In this document: one piece after another, positions 1-11,215 of the stretch
How the letters are laid out: the number at the start of each line of letters is the position of its first letter
How positions within the stretch are numbered: position 1 is the first letter of the stretch
Assembly (NCBI RefSeq): GCF_001194135.2
Contig: NC_068984.1
Span: 57,166,642-57,230,641 of the forward strand
Reading direction: 5' to 3'
DNA length: 64,000 nt
Source of the DNA: Octopus bimaculoides
Taxonomy: Eukaryota
Program-made: the position numbers and the translations under genes
Notes under the pieces: generated by a model
What the model saw: the letters and a program-made list of their open reading frames with translations, nothing else
Told to the model about the DNA's origin: nothing
Database searches by the model: none

Positions 1-577
1 CTGTGTGTGTACATGTATATATGAATGATTGTGTTTATATATATAAACACACACACAAAATGTATATGTACATCGCTGACACATTCATATGAATGTGCTC
101 TTTTTTCCTTTTCAACTTTTTACTCTAGTGGCCATGACTAACATGATTGATTGATCATTCTCAAATAGCCTAAGTTGAGGTGAAAAGACAGAGTTTATAA
201 ACCAGAAAGGTCTTATGCAGCTGTTCAAATGAGCAATAAAGGTTTTTGTGTGTTGAAATGTTGATTTTCTGGATTTATCTACTTACTTCACTCCCACTAG
301 AAAAGTGTTGACTCTTCTTTGAAGCAGAACAAGCATATAAAATCAGGGACTAATCTGAAAATATTTTACAACTTTCACATGTTCAAATAGACATATCTTA
401 GAACATTGTTTGTTGACTACAAAACCTCTAACAAAGCTACTATTTTCATATCAGAAAAACTTGACAATAACAACAATGACAAAAACCATCTCCTTGTTTA
501 TTACTGTTGTTTTATTCTTAATGCCTTACAAATTGAACATTGCTCTCTCACTCACAAATATAAATGATTTGTATTAC

Positions 578-770
578 TGTTAGTGTATAGCCCCAGGACA
601 GTCCTGATTCAGTAGACCTATGGTCAAAGATGTTCTAGCGTTGGTTCATCTGTCAGATTAATTCAATTTATTGGGGTTTTTTAAAGATGGTAGGGTTTTA
701 TTTGTGGAAGATTTTATTGCTATTTCTTGAAGGTTGAACAGCCATACAGTGGTTCTTTGAGTGGCTCATC
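578..770 (-). repeat. Short interspersed repeat, working family G
   Basis: Shares ccccagg..cagtcctgat..agacctatg(g/a)tcaaag and downstream ...gctattt.. blocks with copies at 4420, 6955, 11020, 32467, 50765. Strand inferred from an (AAC)n-like tail. Confidence 0.65.
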
Positions 771-844
771 CATTTGTATTATTTCATATGTGGAAACTAT
801 CTCTAACAGAGTCTCCTGTTTTTTGATAATACTCTATACATAGT

Positions 845-881
<37 letters not shown>

Positions 882-1289
882 GTTTACAGGGCTGGATTAA
901 GACCCATTGAGGCCCTAAGCACTTAAAATATTTCGGTGCCCATAAAAGATTATGTAATTCAGAATATAAACAATAACAAACCATAAAATTAATTTGGGGA
1001 ATCTGTACACCCCCATGATTGGCTAAGTGAACTATACTAGTTAGTATAAATGAGCATACACAGAACAATCTGGAAAGAGTTCCATGTGCTTTTTTGGTGT
1101 TGGTAGTGGTTTCTTTAATGTGAGTTCAAATTGTTGCACATTGTTATTATATATTTGTTGAAGGTCTCCCCGTGTGGGTGTACCATGATTTGTTAAATTG
1201 TTAATATTGTCGAATTTTCTGTCGCTATTTTTGCATGTTATATGAATTTGTTTATTCTCCATTTATGGGAGAAGTGGAGAAAGGAGGAG

Positions 1290-1801
1290 AGATGGAGCGT
1301 GGACAAAGTTACGCATCTTCAACAACCCAAGGTATAAATGCCAATACCCTCGAAATACGAGAAATAAAAATTGAGCCAAGGAAATGGAAGGAAGGAAGCA
1401 GATTTCTGGAAAAGGAAGGAGCCAGTCTAAAGCAGAATCCTCCAGAAGAATTGAGAAATAATGTGGCAAAGTGGATGGTAGTATACAGGACATTGTCCAC
1501 GTCCTCGAACAAGATAGAGGTCGCCCCAATAGAGGCAATAGAGAAGTGCCTTGAAAATTTAAAAGATTGGACCACTTTTCAGACACATAGAAGTAAGGTT
1601 GTGGCAATGAAGACGATGCCATAAGCCACTTCACTGTGCTGATAAGGACACCAGAATGGGTACTTCTGCCGACATACTGTGACAAATGCATTGCCAGAGT
1701 GAGAATTGGCAGAGTGCCCCCTGAAATTAAGGAAACATGGCTGGTGGCAGCCATAATGCACAATATGGAGGATGTGGTGAAAATCCTCAAGATAACGAGG
1801 A

Positions 1802-1802
<1 letters not shown>
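1290..1802 (+). mobile_element. Degraded LINE ORF1 fragment (L1/Tx1-like)
   Basis: ORFs 1235-1624 and 1636-1953 give VVYRTLSTSSNKIEVAPIEAIEKCLE and EWVLLPTYCDKCIARVRIGRVPPEIKETWLVAAI, resembling a non-LTR ORF1 RRM-like region. Frames are broken by stops and run into a (CA)n tract. Confidence 0.55.

Positions 1803-1855
<53 letters not shown>
1803..1855. repeat. (CA)n microsatellite
   Basis: Pure CA run of about 26 units. Confidence 0.98.
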
Positions 1856-1857
<2 letters not shown>

Positions 1858-3289
1858 TACGTGGCCAATATTTTCAACCAAGACCTTACTACAATATCCA
1901 ATTCTTCAAATGCTTCAATTCTATGTAAATACATATGTCTACTTGATTGCTGACATTTATCAATGGTTTTTCTCATCATTTTGATAATACCATTTTCTAT
2001 CAATAGTAACTGTTGGCATTTTTGATGACACGAGTATGCTAGTAAATAAATATAAGGCAATATGTTTTATATATGTTGGCAGAATACTCTTTAATACAAG
2101 ATTACAACTTTCTGTTAAACTTCAAACTCAGTTTGAAAATCAAAATTAAATAAAACCAAATATTTATATGGAGAAACTATAGGAGAGAATGAAGATTAAA
2201 AAGGGAGAAAATGGCTTTTATTATTGGTCATTTAATTTATAATTTTTTTTTTAAATGTCAAATATATTTTCAACAGCGGGTACGTATTTGATTTTAAATG
2301 GTGATCAATAAACTATACCTTTCGAATAATTTACTCTACACCCACCCACACCTGCCCATTTTTTCTCCCCTCATTAACCTAAACTTCCTAGCAAGTAATG
2401 TAATAGGGTAGTGATGAATTTATTGCATGAAATTATTATCTAGCTAATTGCTATCGTGTGTGTATATGTGAGTGCGTAATATAGCATTATTTAAAATCAT
2501 ATAGACTAATATTTCGCATTCATTGCCAGTCATAATTCCTTAGGTTAGAAAAACAAAGCAAAAAGCAAAGAAAAACACTCGTCTAAAGATGTGTGTATTT
2601 ATACCCTTGTGTTCTTGTGTCTCTAATACATGTGTGTATGTGCACATATATATATATATAAAGTGTCCACTCCACTCCTTACAGTATATATATATATATA
2701 TATATATATATGGAGTGGGAGGGATGCTTAAAAAAAGAAGTCTTTATATTCTGTTGTTCCTTTGATGTGTTGTGTATGTGGGAGGTGGTAGATGAATTCT
2801 GTACTTACATTCTTTTATTGTTTTCTTTGATGACTGTACGTGTTTGCATATATCTGTTTGTCTCTGTTCCTGTATACCTCTTTGATTTTTTTCCTATTGT
2901 CACTGCTTTATTTAAGTTGTATATTTAAGTATCTGTTTATTCTACACTCATGTGGGTGTGTGAGTGTATGCATGCATGCATGTGTGTGCACATATATAGC
3001 CTTAGAGCCTTATGTGTGTTGTAAAATGCACAGTATTTCTCTACTTAAGGCTTTATTTTATTATTAAATTTTTGTTTCTGCTCTCCAATAAAATGCATAA
3101 ATATCTAGTGTCTGTGTGTGCACATGTGCATGCATGTGCAGGTATGTGCAGGCACATGTGTATATGTATAATTCTCTGTCTGGGCATATTTAATTTCTTC
3201 ATAGTGAATGTATGTATGAGAGAATGAGTGGAACTCTGTGTGTGTGCATTCAATTGTTGATTCATTGATGTGCAACAAAGCTTCTGCCC

Positions 3290-3338
3290 CTCTCTCTCTC
3301 TTTCTTTCAGTCTCTTTCTCTCTCTCTCTTTCTTTCAG

Positions 3339-3371
<33 letters not shown>

Positions 3372-3372
3372 G
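3290..3372. repeat. (TC)n-rich compound microsatellite with internal duplication
   Basis: TC runs with the block ctttctttcagtctcttt present twice. Confidence 0.9.
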
Positions 3373-3724
3373 TTGGATCCTTATTAAATACTTTTAGAAG
3401 GCATGATAGTTAGCTATGACGACCAGGCATAGATGAGTATTTATTGATTTGTTATTGCTCATTAGCCAGAAAGTCTTGCCTTTCCAATATGTCCAGCCTC
3501 TCTGGCACCATTCTGACTCACCACAATTCTGTTGAAGATTATTTTTTTTTTCGTCATTTTAAAAAAATATCTCCTTTATAATCTTCTTTCATCATTCTCT
3601 GTGCATTAGAAATTGTTTTATTTTCATTTTTTTTTTTTTTTTGCATTATTCAGTTTTGTGTTTAGAGGAGTTGATAAAGGGATGGTTATTGATAAAAAAT
3701 GAGTGGATAGATTTATCCTCCTCC

Positions 3725-3920
3725 TCCTCCTCCTCATCATCATCATCATGGTCATTGATATTTTACATCTGAGTTTTCCATGTTAGCATGGGCTGGATGA
3801 GCATATTTAAACAGTATTTTTACAGCTGGATGCCCTTCATGTCAGCAACTATGATTTATTTTTCGAATAAGCTATTTATATTCCATTACTCATCACTTGT
3901 TGGAAAAGACAAGCCATGAG
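3725..3920 (-). mobile_element. Degraded family B remnant (RTE-derived 3' end)
   Basis: catcatcat tail followed by tttccatgttagcatggg and tttacagctggatgcccttc, as in copies at 17394 and 24547. Confidence 0.65.
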
Positions 3921-3989
3921 ATGTATTGTTTATGGGAGTTTTAACATCATTGCTTGAACGATGTCAGTGTCAAGACAGGCAGAGCAAAC

Positions 3990-4185
3990 TCTCCCAGATA
4001 TCTCTCTCTCTTTTGCTTCTTGACACAGACACACATACATATGCATATGATGAACTTCTGTACAGTTTCCATCTACCAAATTTCACTCATAAAGCATTGG
4101 CCAGCTTGAGGCTATAGTAGAAGACATCCCAAAAACTGTCAGGTTGTAAAGCAATCTTTATAACCACACACTCATGCCTGGATCT
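3990..4185 (-). mobile_element. tRNA-derived SINE family A, partial
   Basis: cagtttccatctaccaaatttcactcataaagcattggccagcttgaggctatagtagaagaca matches 62700-63108. Confidence 0.8.
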
Positions 4186-4419
4186 GAGTAAAATATATAT
4201 TAACAATATAATGAATAAGAGAAAGCTTACCACTTTCTTCAGTATACTGCTTAAACATAAAGCCTTGGCTTATTCTCTTCACCCACTAGAAATAGCAGAC
4301 ACTAAACTCCTTGAAATCCTGTTCTACTGAAAGGAGATATTCAATTCTCTAGTCCCAAAGCTACTACATCTGATAAATAGGACAGTATGGACACTGCTGG
4401 ATCAGAGGCCCTTTTGATG

Positions 4420-4640
4420 GTTGTTGTGAATGTTTAGCCCCAGATCAGTCCTGACCCAACAGAACTTTGATCAAAGTTCTTTTGCTTTTTTTTCTTTTTC
4501 AGATATTGTGTACCTTGGACTACATTATCCAATGTGTCCAATTTGTTTAAAATGGAAGTGTATGGTTTGATGGAGGTTCAACTGCTATTTCTAGCAGGTT
4601 AAGCTACCACATCATACTCTCTTTCCCTGGCTGGATGTTG
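4420..4640 (-). repeat. Family G repeat
   Basis: gttgttg..tttagccccagatcagtcctgacc..tttgatcaaag..ggactacattatccaatgtgtcc..gctatttctagcagg. Confidence 0.8.
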
Positions 4641-5756
4641 TTATTGCTTAGCCCTATGACTGTTCAGTTGAGCAAAAATCATTCTGATACAAAAGTCATT
4701 CTGCCTATGATATTCTAAATTCTTAGCAACCATGTAAAGATCCCCTTTGATGCTATTGATGATTTGGGCATTTCTATATTCTAAAGTTATATCTGACTGA
4801 TACAGATGATAAATGGCAACAAGAGAAAACCTTGGTGAAATCCCCTTATGTTTAATGACATTACACATACTGTCACTTCCTTTTGCATCAGTGGCTCTTG
4901 AAATGTTTATACTGTTTAATATCATTTACTTCCTATTAAAAAAACCACCTCAATTTATACTGGCAAGGATAATCTTAAACACAGATGTTGACACTTACAT
5001 AATAGTTTTACACATACACACATTCATGCTCGCACATATGCACACACACTCATTGCCACTTAGATCTAATTACAGTGACAAATATTTTCCTTCTGAGATA
5101 AATACATACATTTATGAAGGCATTTATATGAGTTTATGTATGTCCAAATATCCAACTAAATATGTATCCATATTGTGATATGGATACATATTTCCTCCTC
5201 AAAAAAAAAATGTCATTTTGTCTCAGCTTTGGTTTTATTTATTATCTTTTTACTCTGCTTTTCAGTTGTAGCTGTTTTAATTTATACATGTATTGGAATT
5301 CTTTATTGTATTGTTTGATTGCTTACTTTAATCTGTATGTGTTTGTATGTAAGTTTTTTTTGAAAATGTATGATTACAAAATTAAGTGTTGTTCAACAGA
5401 ATTACTCAACATTATATCTATAATGAGAATGTACTTTTATGGAATATCTTCCTCTGAGTGCCTTATATTTTCTGCAATATTATTTCCCTAATTTGACTAA
5501 ATGAACCAACCAAGTTATAGAATTTGCTTAGTTCAGAACACAGTGAACTGGTTTAAATCCAATTACTGGTTACAATGTTATTTTTATTTAATATACATGA
5601 GTAACACATACATTAACTATCTGTCAATACAAATGCTCTTGCAATACAAAAAAGTCATCTCTGTATTTGCTCAACTTGCTAGAATGGCAATCAAATTCTT
5701 TACCGTCGTTAAAAAAAAAAGGACATATTAATCCTACATATATGAAAGATACAATG

Positions 5757-5815
5757 CTCATGACTGGAAGGTCTTTGACCATACAAGTCTGCTCAGTCAG
5801 AGCTCACCTGGAGGT
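5757..5815 (+). repeat. Family G fragment, opposite orientation
   Basis: tgactggaaggtctttgaccatacaagtctgctcagtcagagctcacctgg is the reverse complement of the family G core. Confidence 0.65.
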
Positions 5816-6756
5816 AAGGTAAAGTATGAATCACCTTATAGCTTCAATTGTTTATTTCTTGCTTCACTAAGTAGTGTATTTTTAATAAAGAAAATATACA
5901 ATGAAGTATAACTTATGCAAGCAAGACAAGCTTTTTAAGCTGTTGTTGCAATGTGTAATGGAATACATTGGACAAATATAACTAAATGTATTTTTTTAAA
6001 TCCCTCCATGAACAGAATAAGCTCTCAGAGAGATTAGAATGAACCATCTTTACAAATGTCTAATACTGTATGTTTGGCAACAATGGTTAAATGCTGATTG
6101 CATAAAGTATACCTTATTGCTTCATTATACATTTGCTATTCTTGCATTATAACTACCTGACACACCATCTAATCCATGAAAGGTATAATGTCAGTGCCTT
6201 TATAACCATGGAACAAATATCATTTCTACAGTTGTGATCAGATAGACATGAAGTGGTTGTATCAGAAGAAAAACCAAAGCTCATATTCATTTCTTTCGTT
6301 GTAACACTAGTGCCTGTTCTGGCACTGTCAGCCTATATTTCGTTGGCAGAAAGATGAATCACTGCTGCCTCTCGCAGTTGAGTGTCCATCATTGACAAGA
6401 CCAAACAAGGCCCAAATCATGTGATCGAGTGGTTTTGGTGTTGGAGGTAGTGAGAATTTATCTCCCCATTAGGGTGCATTTTGCATCAAAAAGCTCAATG
6501 TGAGAGTTTCTCTTATGGCAACTACCACAGTTGCACATCCATGTTTAGTGGGGCTAAATATTATCTCTAGGTTAATTTATATTCCCTCTGTCACTAAAAT
6601 ATATATTTCTTTTATCATCCATTCTGTGCAATATAGAGTATTAGTTCTTTTCCATACTCATTATGTTCCCTTTATGCAATCCTTTTCCATTTCTGGAAGA
6701 AATGGACACTGTGACTGGGATGCATAACCTTCTATCAGCACTGCATAGCTGAATTT

Positions 6757-6910
6757 GAGAGGGACTAGGGAGAGAAAGGGAAGTGGATGCAATAAATCTC
6801 AATACTTAACTGGTACTTATCAACTCCAGAGGGATAGGTCAAAAGTTGAATTTTGTTAGATTTAGGCTCAATATGCAAAGTGTTGCAATATTCACTTCAA
6901 GATATTTGCG
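6757..6910 (-). mobile_element. SINE family C, degraded
   Basis: aactggtacttatcaactccagaggg..aaaagttga block shared with 20362 and 42440. Confidence 0.6.
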
Positions 6911-6954
6911 CCAAACAACATGAGTATTTACTTCGGAGAAAAAACAACATGCTA

Positions 6955-7175
6955 TTTATTGTTGTTCATTAGATGTCTGTCAGCTACGAGATCAACTGGA
7001 CCTCTTATCAAAGGTATTCTAGTTGTGGTGATCCTACTTTTGAGTTAATGATTTCAAAATAGAAATTTTCCAGTTAGTCCTTTTTTTTTAAGGTGATAAG
7101 GATGTCATTTTGAGGGATATTTGGCTTCTATTTCTAGCAGTTTGAGCAATTGCTTAGAAGCTACCTTGTTGGTTT
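6955..7175 (-). repeat. Family G repeat
   Basis: gttgtt..gacctcttatcaaaggtattctag..tttaaggtgataagg..tttgagggatatttggcttctatttctagcag. Confidence 0.7.
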
Positions 7176-7806
7176 GATGCACTTGTGAATTATGGTTATA
7201 GTGGTGTTGGTGGCACTGGTGGCTGTGGCAGGGGGTGTTTTTTTGTATGTATGAGTGCTTGTTCCTTAAAATATCTAATAATAGGTCAACCTATAATGCT
7301 AAAGATTCTTGTAACATTGCGTCTTATCTAGGAAAAAATATAGGCTGATATAACTGAAAGTTCTGCGCATGTGTGTATTGATGGATATCTCCTTAGGAAT
7401 AGTCTTTAGTCCCAGATTGTTACTATTTCAGTCAAAATTATAAATGTCACAGACTGAATTCTTTTAGCCTGCTCAACCAAGAATGCTTTAATGCTTTCCT
7501 TCCTACGAATATCACTAAAAGAGAAATATTTTTCATTCAGGAGCTGTGTATACATCTACATATTTTCTTTGAATTCCATCCATTTCACTGGGGGTAACAC
7601 TAAAACACCATTCTCTTTTAACATTACACTGAGACAAAAAACTGTTACAAAAAGATTTTCTTTCTAATTTTGATTTTGATGGAATCTGAACTACTGTTGA
7701 AATATCGCAACACATGCCTAGGCTTTCATTTCACTTGTCAATCACCATTTGTTTATTTTTCATGTGATAGTTTCTGTATGTGTTGTTTGGCTTTATTTCC
7801 TTGTAA

Positions 7807-7846
<40 letters not shown>

Positions 7847-7856
7847 NNNNNNNNNN
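7847..7856. other. Assembly gap (10 N) inside (TA)n
   Basis: N-run flanked by TA repeats. Confidence 0.99.
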
Positions 7857-7898
<42 letters not shown>

Positions 7899-8443
7899 GA
7901 ATCAAAATAGAATTTAACTGAAAGGAAATTCAAAGACAAATATCAACATTGTGAGACATACAAGCAGTAGTTACATTGCTAGGTTATAACACCAAAATAT
8001 ATATGGCATTGCAAATGTAGAGTTCCTTTATATCAGATGTGTTAACCCTTGCTAAAGTTTGTTTTATGCTACAACTGTGATATTGAGAAAATTGTTGTGT
8101 GTAGTTACATATAAAATGTTTGGTATCTTTCTAAAATTGACAATTTACAATTTGGAACTGAAATCATTCTTGTCTGTCTGACTATATGAAAGTGTGTGTG
8201 TATTTATATATTTATATTATCAGTTAGTTGCCAATATGTCAGAAGAAAAGAACACTCAATATGTGTAATAGAGTGGTTATATTTTTATATATCATCAAAT
8301 AGTATATTACTAGTTATAGCATATAGCTTGTCAGATTTTGACCATTGGTTTCAAACCAACTGTTGCAATAGGCAATATTGACAATTCAGCCATGCTGATT
8401 GGAAGTGCATAACCTCTTTTATGCTGAAAAAATATATATATAT

Positions 8444-8840
8444 AGGTGCAGGCATGGCTGTGTGGTAAGAAGCTTGTTTCCCAATCACATGATTCTGGGT
8501 TCAGTCCCAGGCAAGTGTCTTCTACTATAGCCTCAAGCCGACCAAAGCCTTGTGAGTGGATTTGGTAGATAGAAACTGAAAGAAGCCTGTCGTGTGTGTG
8601 TGTGTGTCTGTGTCTGTATGTGTGTCTGTGTCTGTGTTTGTTCCCCCACCATCACTTGACAACCAATGTTGGTGTGTTTACGTCCCCATAACTTAGCAGT
8701 TTGGCAAAAGTGACTGATAAAATAAGTACGAGGCTTACAAAGAATAAGTCCTGGGGTCGATTTGTTCAACTGAAGGCAGTGTTCCAGCATGGCCTCAGTC
8801 AAATGACTGAAACAAATGAAAGAATAAGAGAATAAAAGAA
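8444..8840 (+). mobile_element. tRNA-derived SINE family A, near full length
   Basis: Head ggcatggctgtgtggtaagaagcttg..ctgggttcagtccca with Pol III A/B-box-like motifs, body gccttgtgagtggatttggtaga, internal (GT)n, tail tgactgaaacaa..aagaataa. Matches 62700-63108 on the other strand. Confidence 0.93.
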
Positions 8841-8962
8841 TGAGCTCTGTGTAGCTCAGTGTTGATGAAAAGAAATGTAATGAAACATAGTGAAAAATTA
8901 TAGCATCTTCAGTGGTGGGTGAGGAATGAGTTATTTCTCATGGGTTTCTGTTAGCATGTTTG

Positions 8963-8964
<2 letters not shown>

Positions 8965-9003
<39 letters not shown>
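8965..9003. repeat. (GT)n microsatellite
   Basis: Pure GT run. Confidence 0.98.
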
Positions 9004-9004
<1 letters not shown>

Positions 9005-9134
9005 CTACATATGTTCCCTTATCCAAAAATGGACACAATCATATCGCTAAAATGAATTTCCATTTATGAGAACAGCGTTTACTTTTCACTCTACCCTTAT
9101 TCAAGGATCTACTATGCTATTCTCTCCATTAGTG

Positions 9135-9330
9135 GTTGTTGGTATTTATCACCCTGTCAGTCTTGTTTAAGCTGACACATGATTTTAGGCATTCCAGCTA
9201 TGACCATCATTTTGTATACCATTTATTTGTCCAATACATCCTCCCTTTTTGTAAAGATGGCAGGATGTGATCTGAAGGATTTGGTTGTTATTTCTTGCAG
9301 ATTAAGTGATCATTTAGAAAACCCCTCATT
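9135..9330 (-). repeat. Family G repeat
   Basis: ggcattccagctatgaccatc..taaagatggcaggatgtgatctgaaggatttggttgttatttcttgcag. Confidence 0.75.
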
Positions 9331-10099
9331 CAGAGGATATAATGACTTTGAACCTAAAGCAGTGAACTTCCAAATAATATGTCAAACATCCAGTAAACTT
9401 AAAATCTCATTCACAACTTGCTCCTCTCATTTTTGTGAATCTAGAGTACACTGTATGACTCCTACATTTAAGATTTGATCAATAGGACTATGAACTTGAT
9501 ATATCCAATTATTAATTCAATAAATGTTTGAATATAGCCTCAGTAGTATAATTATTAATCTCAATTCTCAACTCACAAGCACACACATACACTTATTTAG
9601 TACACCAGCCAAGAACAAAGAAAGAAACAATTCTTGTAATACTGTAGAATGAAACCCAGGTTGTCAATAGCAAACACAACTATTGAATTTTTCAAAATAA
9701 TCCTGTTAGTATCAGTTATTTACTCCTGTCGCTAGATAGTCTTTTTTATCCTTCCACTGGATATATGTTGACATTTTTATTTTCCATTTAAAAAAAGAAT
9801 AAATTTAATTTAGCAGGTCTTTAGTTATTCTAATGTTGTTAATAGATTAATGATAGATTATGTTAACATTTTCATTTGCGGGTTTATGCTATTTAAGATT
9901 AAGTATTATTTTCCACCAAGGCCACTTTATTATATGTAACATGTATCTGTCCTTTAAAAATATCCCATTATTTTATTTCGTTATCTATTTAAATACTGTA
10001 GATTTTATCTGCAATATTGACATTGAGTGATTCATGTGAATGTATAATGTGGACAATGGACCAATTGTATGAGAGGTTTGTTTTTGATACAAAACTACA

Positions 10100-10102
<3 letters not shown>

Positions 10103-10154
<52 letters not shown>
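10103..10154. repeat. (GT)n microsatellite
   Basis: Pure GT run. Confidence 0.98.
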
Positions 10155-10157
<3 letters not shown>

Positions 10158-10469
10158 GAAAATTGCAAAATTCTAACAAAGTTTACTTAAAATGAATTGT
10201 AGTGTAATATGACAAAGAATTAAAAAATAGCTTGTTCAATTCTTATTAATTCCCAAATCTCTATGTTCATATATGATGCTTGCTTGTGAAACTTTGCACT
10301 GAAATATTGTTCAAAACCTGTCTGCAACAGAAATTAACTGTTTCAAGTAAGGCAGTATTTTGGCATGGCCAGATATGTTTTTGCAGGAGATTGGAAATAC
10401 AACTATTGTATGATGTCATGACCAGAGCATGCATGCACACACACATGCATGCTTGCACACAGACACACA

Positions 10470-10625
10470 TACACATAGTAGGCTTCTTTCAGTTTTTCTG
10501 TCTATCATATCTACTCACAAAGCTTTGATCAATCCAAAGCTATAGTAGAAATTCACCTAAAGTGCCACACAATTGTACTGAACCCAAAACCATGTGGTTG
10601 AGAAGTTTTCTAACCATAGAGCTTT
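10470..10625 (-). mobile_element. SINE family A, head and body part
   Basis: ggcttctttcagttt..ctcacaaagctttg..gctatagtagaa..gtgccacac..actgaaccc..aaccatgtggttg. Confidence 0.85.
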
Positions 10626-11019
10626 TGCCATTTTTTCATGCTAGCAAAGATGGCATGCACTTGATTAAATTTTAATATTTCCTTATTTTTTTAGATCAGT
10701 ACGTGCTTTTATAGTTAGATATACTTTCTAAGACAATCAATCACCCTTGTAATGTGAGAAGCACTTATTTTGTGGGTAAGTGACACAGCACCATAACATG
10801 ATAGTCAGCTACCCAAACTACCCAGTTTTCCACAAAATCTAAATTGTAACTTAAAAATGGGAACTTCAGAATGTTCATTATTTTGTCAGCTTCATAAGGG
10901 AATGAAATTGAAATGCTGTCAAAACTTTATGAGCAATTGTTTTTGATTTTTGACAATTCAGCTCTAGAAATTAATTAATCTAATATTCAGTGGTGGTAGT
11001 GATGGTGGTATTGTTTTTA

Positions 11020-11215
11020 CTTATTGTTGCAATTTACCTCAGGTTTGTCATAACCATTTTTTAAAAACTTTTTATTCTAGCATAGTGTATTTGGACCACA
11101 TTATCCAATGTGTATATCCTTTTCCAAAGATGATAACATGTAATTTGTGGTGGCTCTGCTGCTGCTATTTCCAGCAAATCAAATGACATTGTGGAGACTC
11201 TGTATTATGGTTGTG
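11020..11215 (-). repeat. Family G repeat, degraded
   Basis: catagtgtatttggaccacattatccaatgtgt..aaagatg..gctgctatttccagca. Confidence 0.7.

Noticed and set aside
1263-1953. ORFs with poly-CV/HT/YI/I tracts throughout the ORF track
   Set aside because: Translations of (CA)n, (TA)n and (AAT)n microsatellites, which lack stops in some frames.
4641-4925. 94-aa minus-strand ORF (also 7533-7715, 22881-23084, 47671-47895)
   Set aside because: No recognisable domain, and ORFs of 60-95 codons are expected by chance at this AT content across six frames.
5755-5820. Strong donor-like GAG|gtaagg
   Set aside because: Lies at the end of a family G fragment, with no pyrimidine-rich acceptor upstream.
8444-8520. 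tRNA-like sequences at SINE heads (also 13498, 57178, 63040)
   Set aside because: Only A/B boxes remain and they continue into SINE bodies; no complete cloverleaf.
9179-9478. 99-aa ORF with an internal tttcttgcag acceptor
   Set aside because: The first half is a family G copy and the rest has no recognisable homology.
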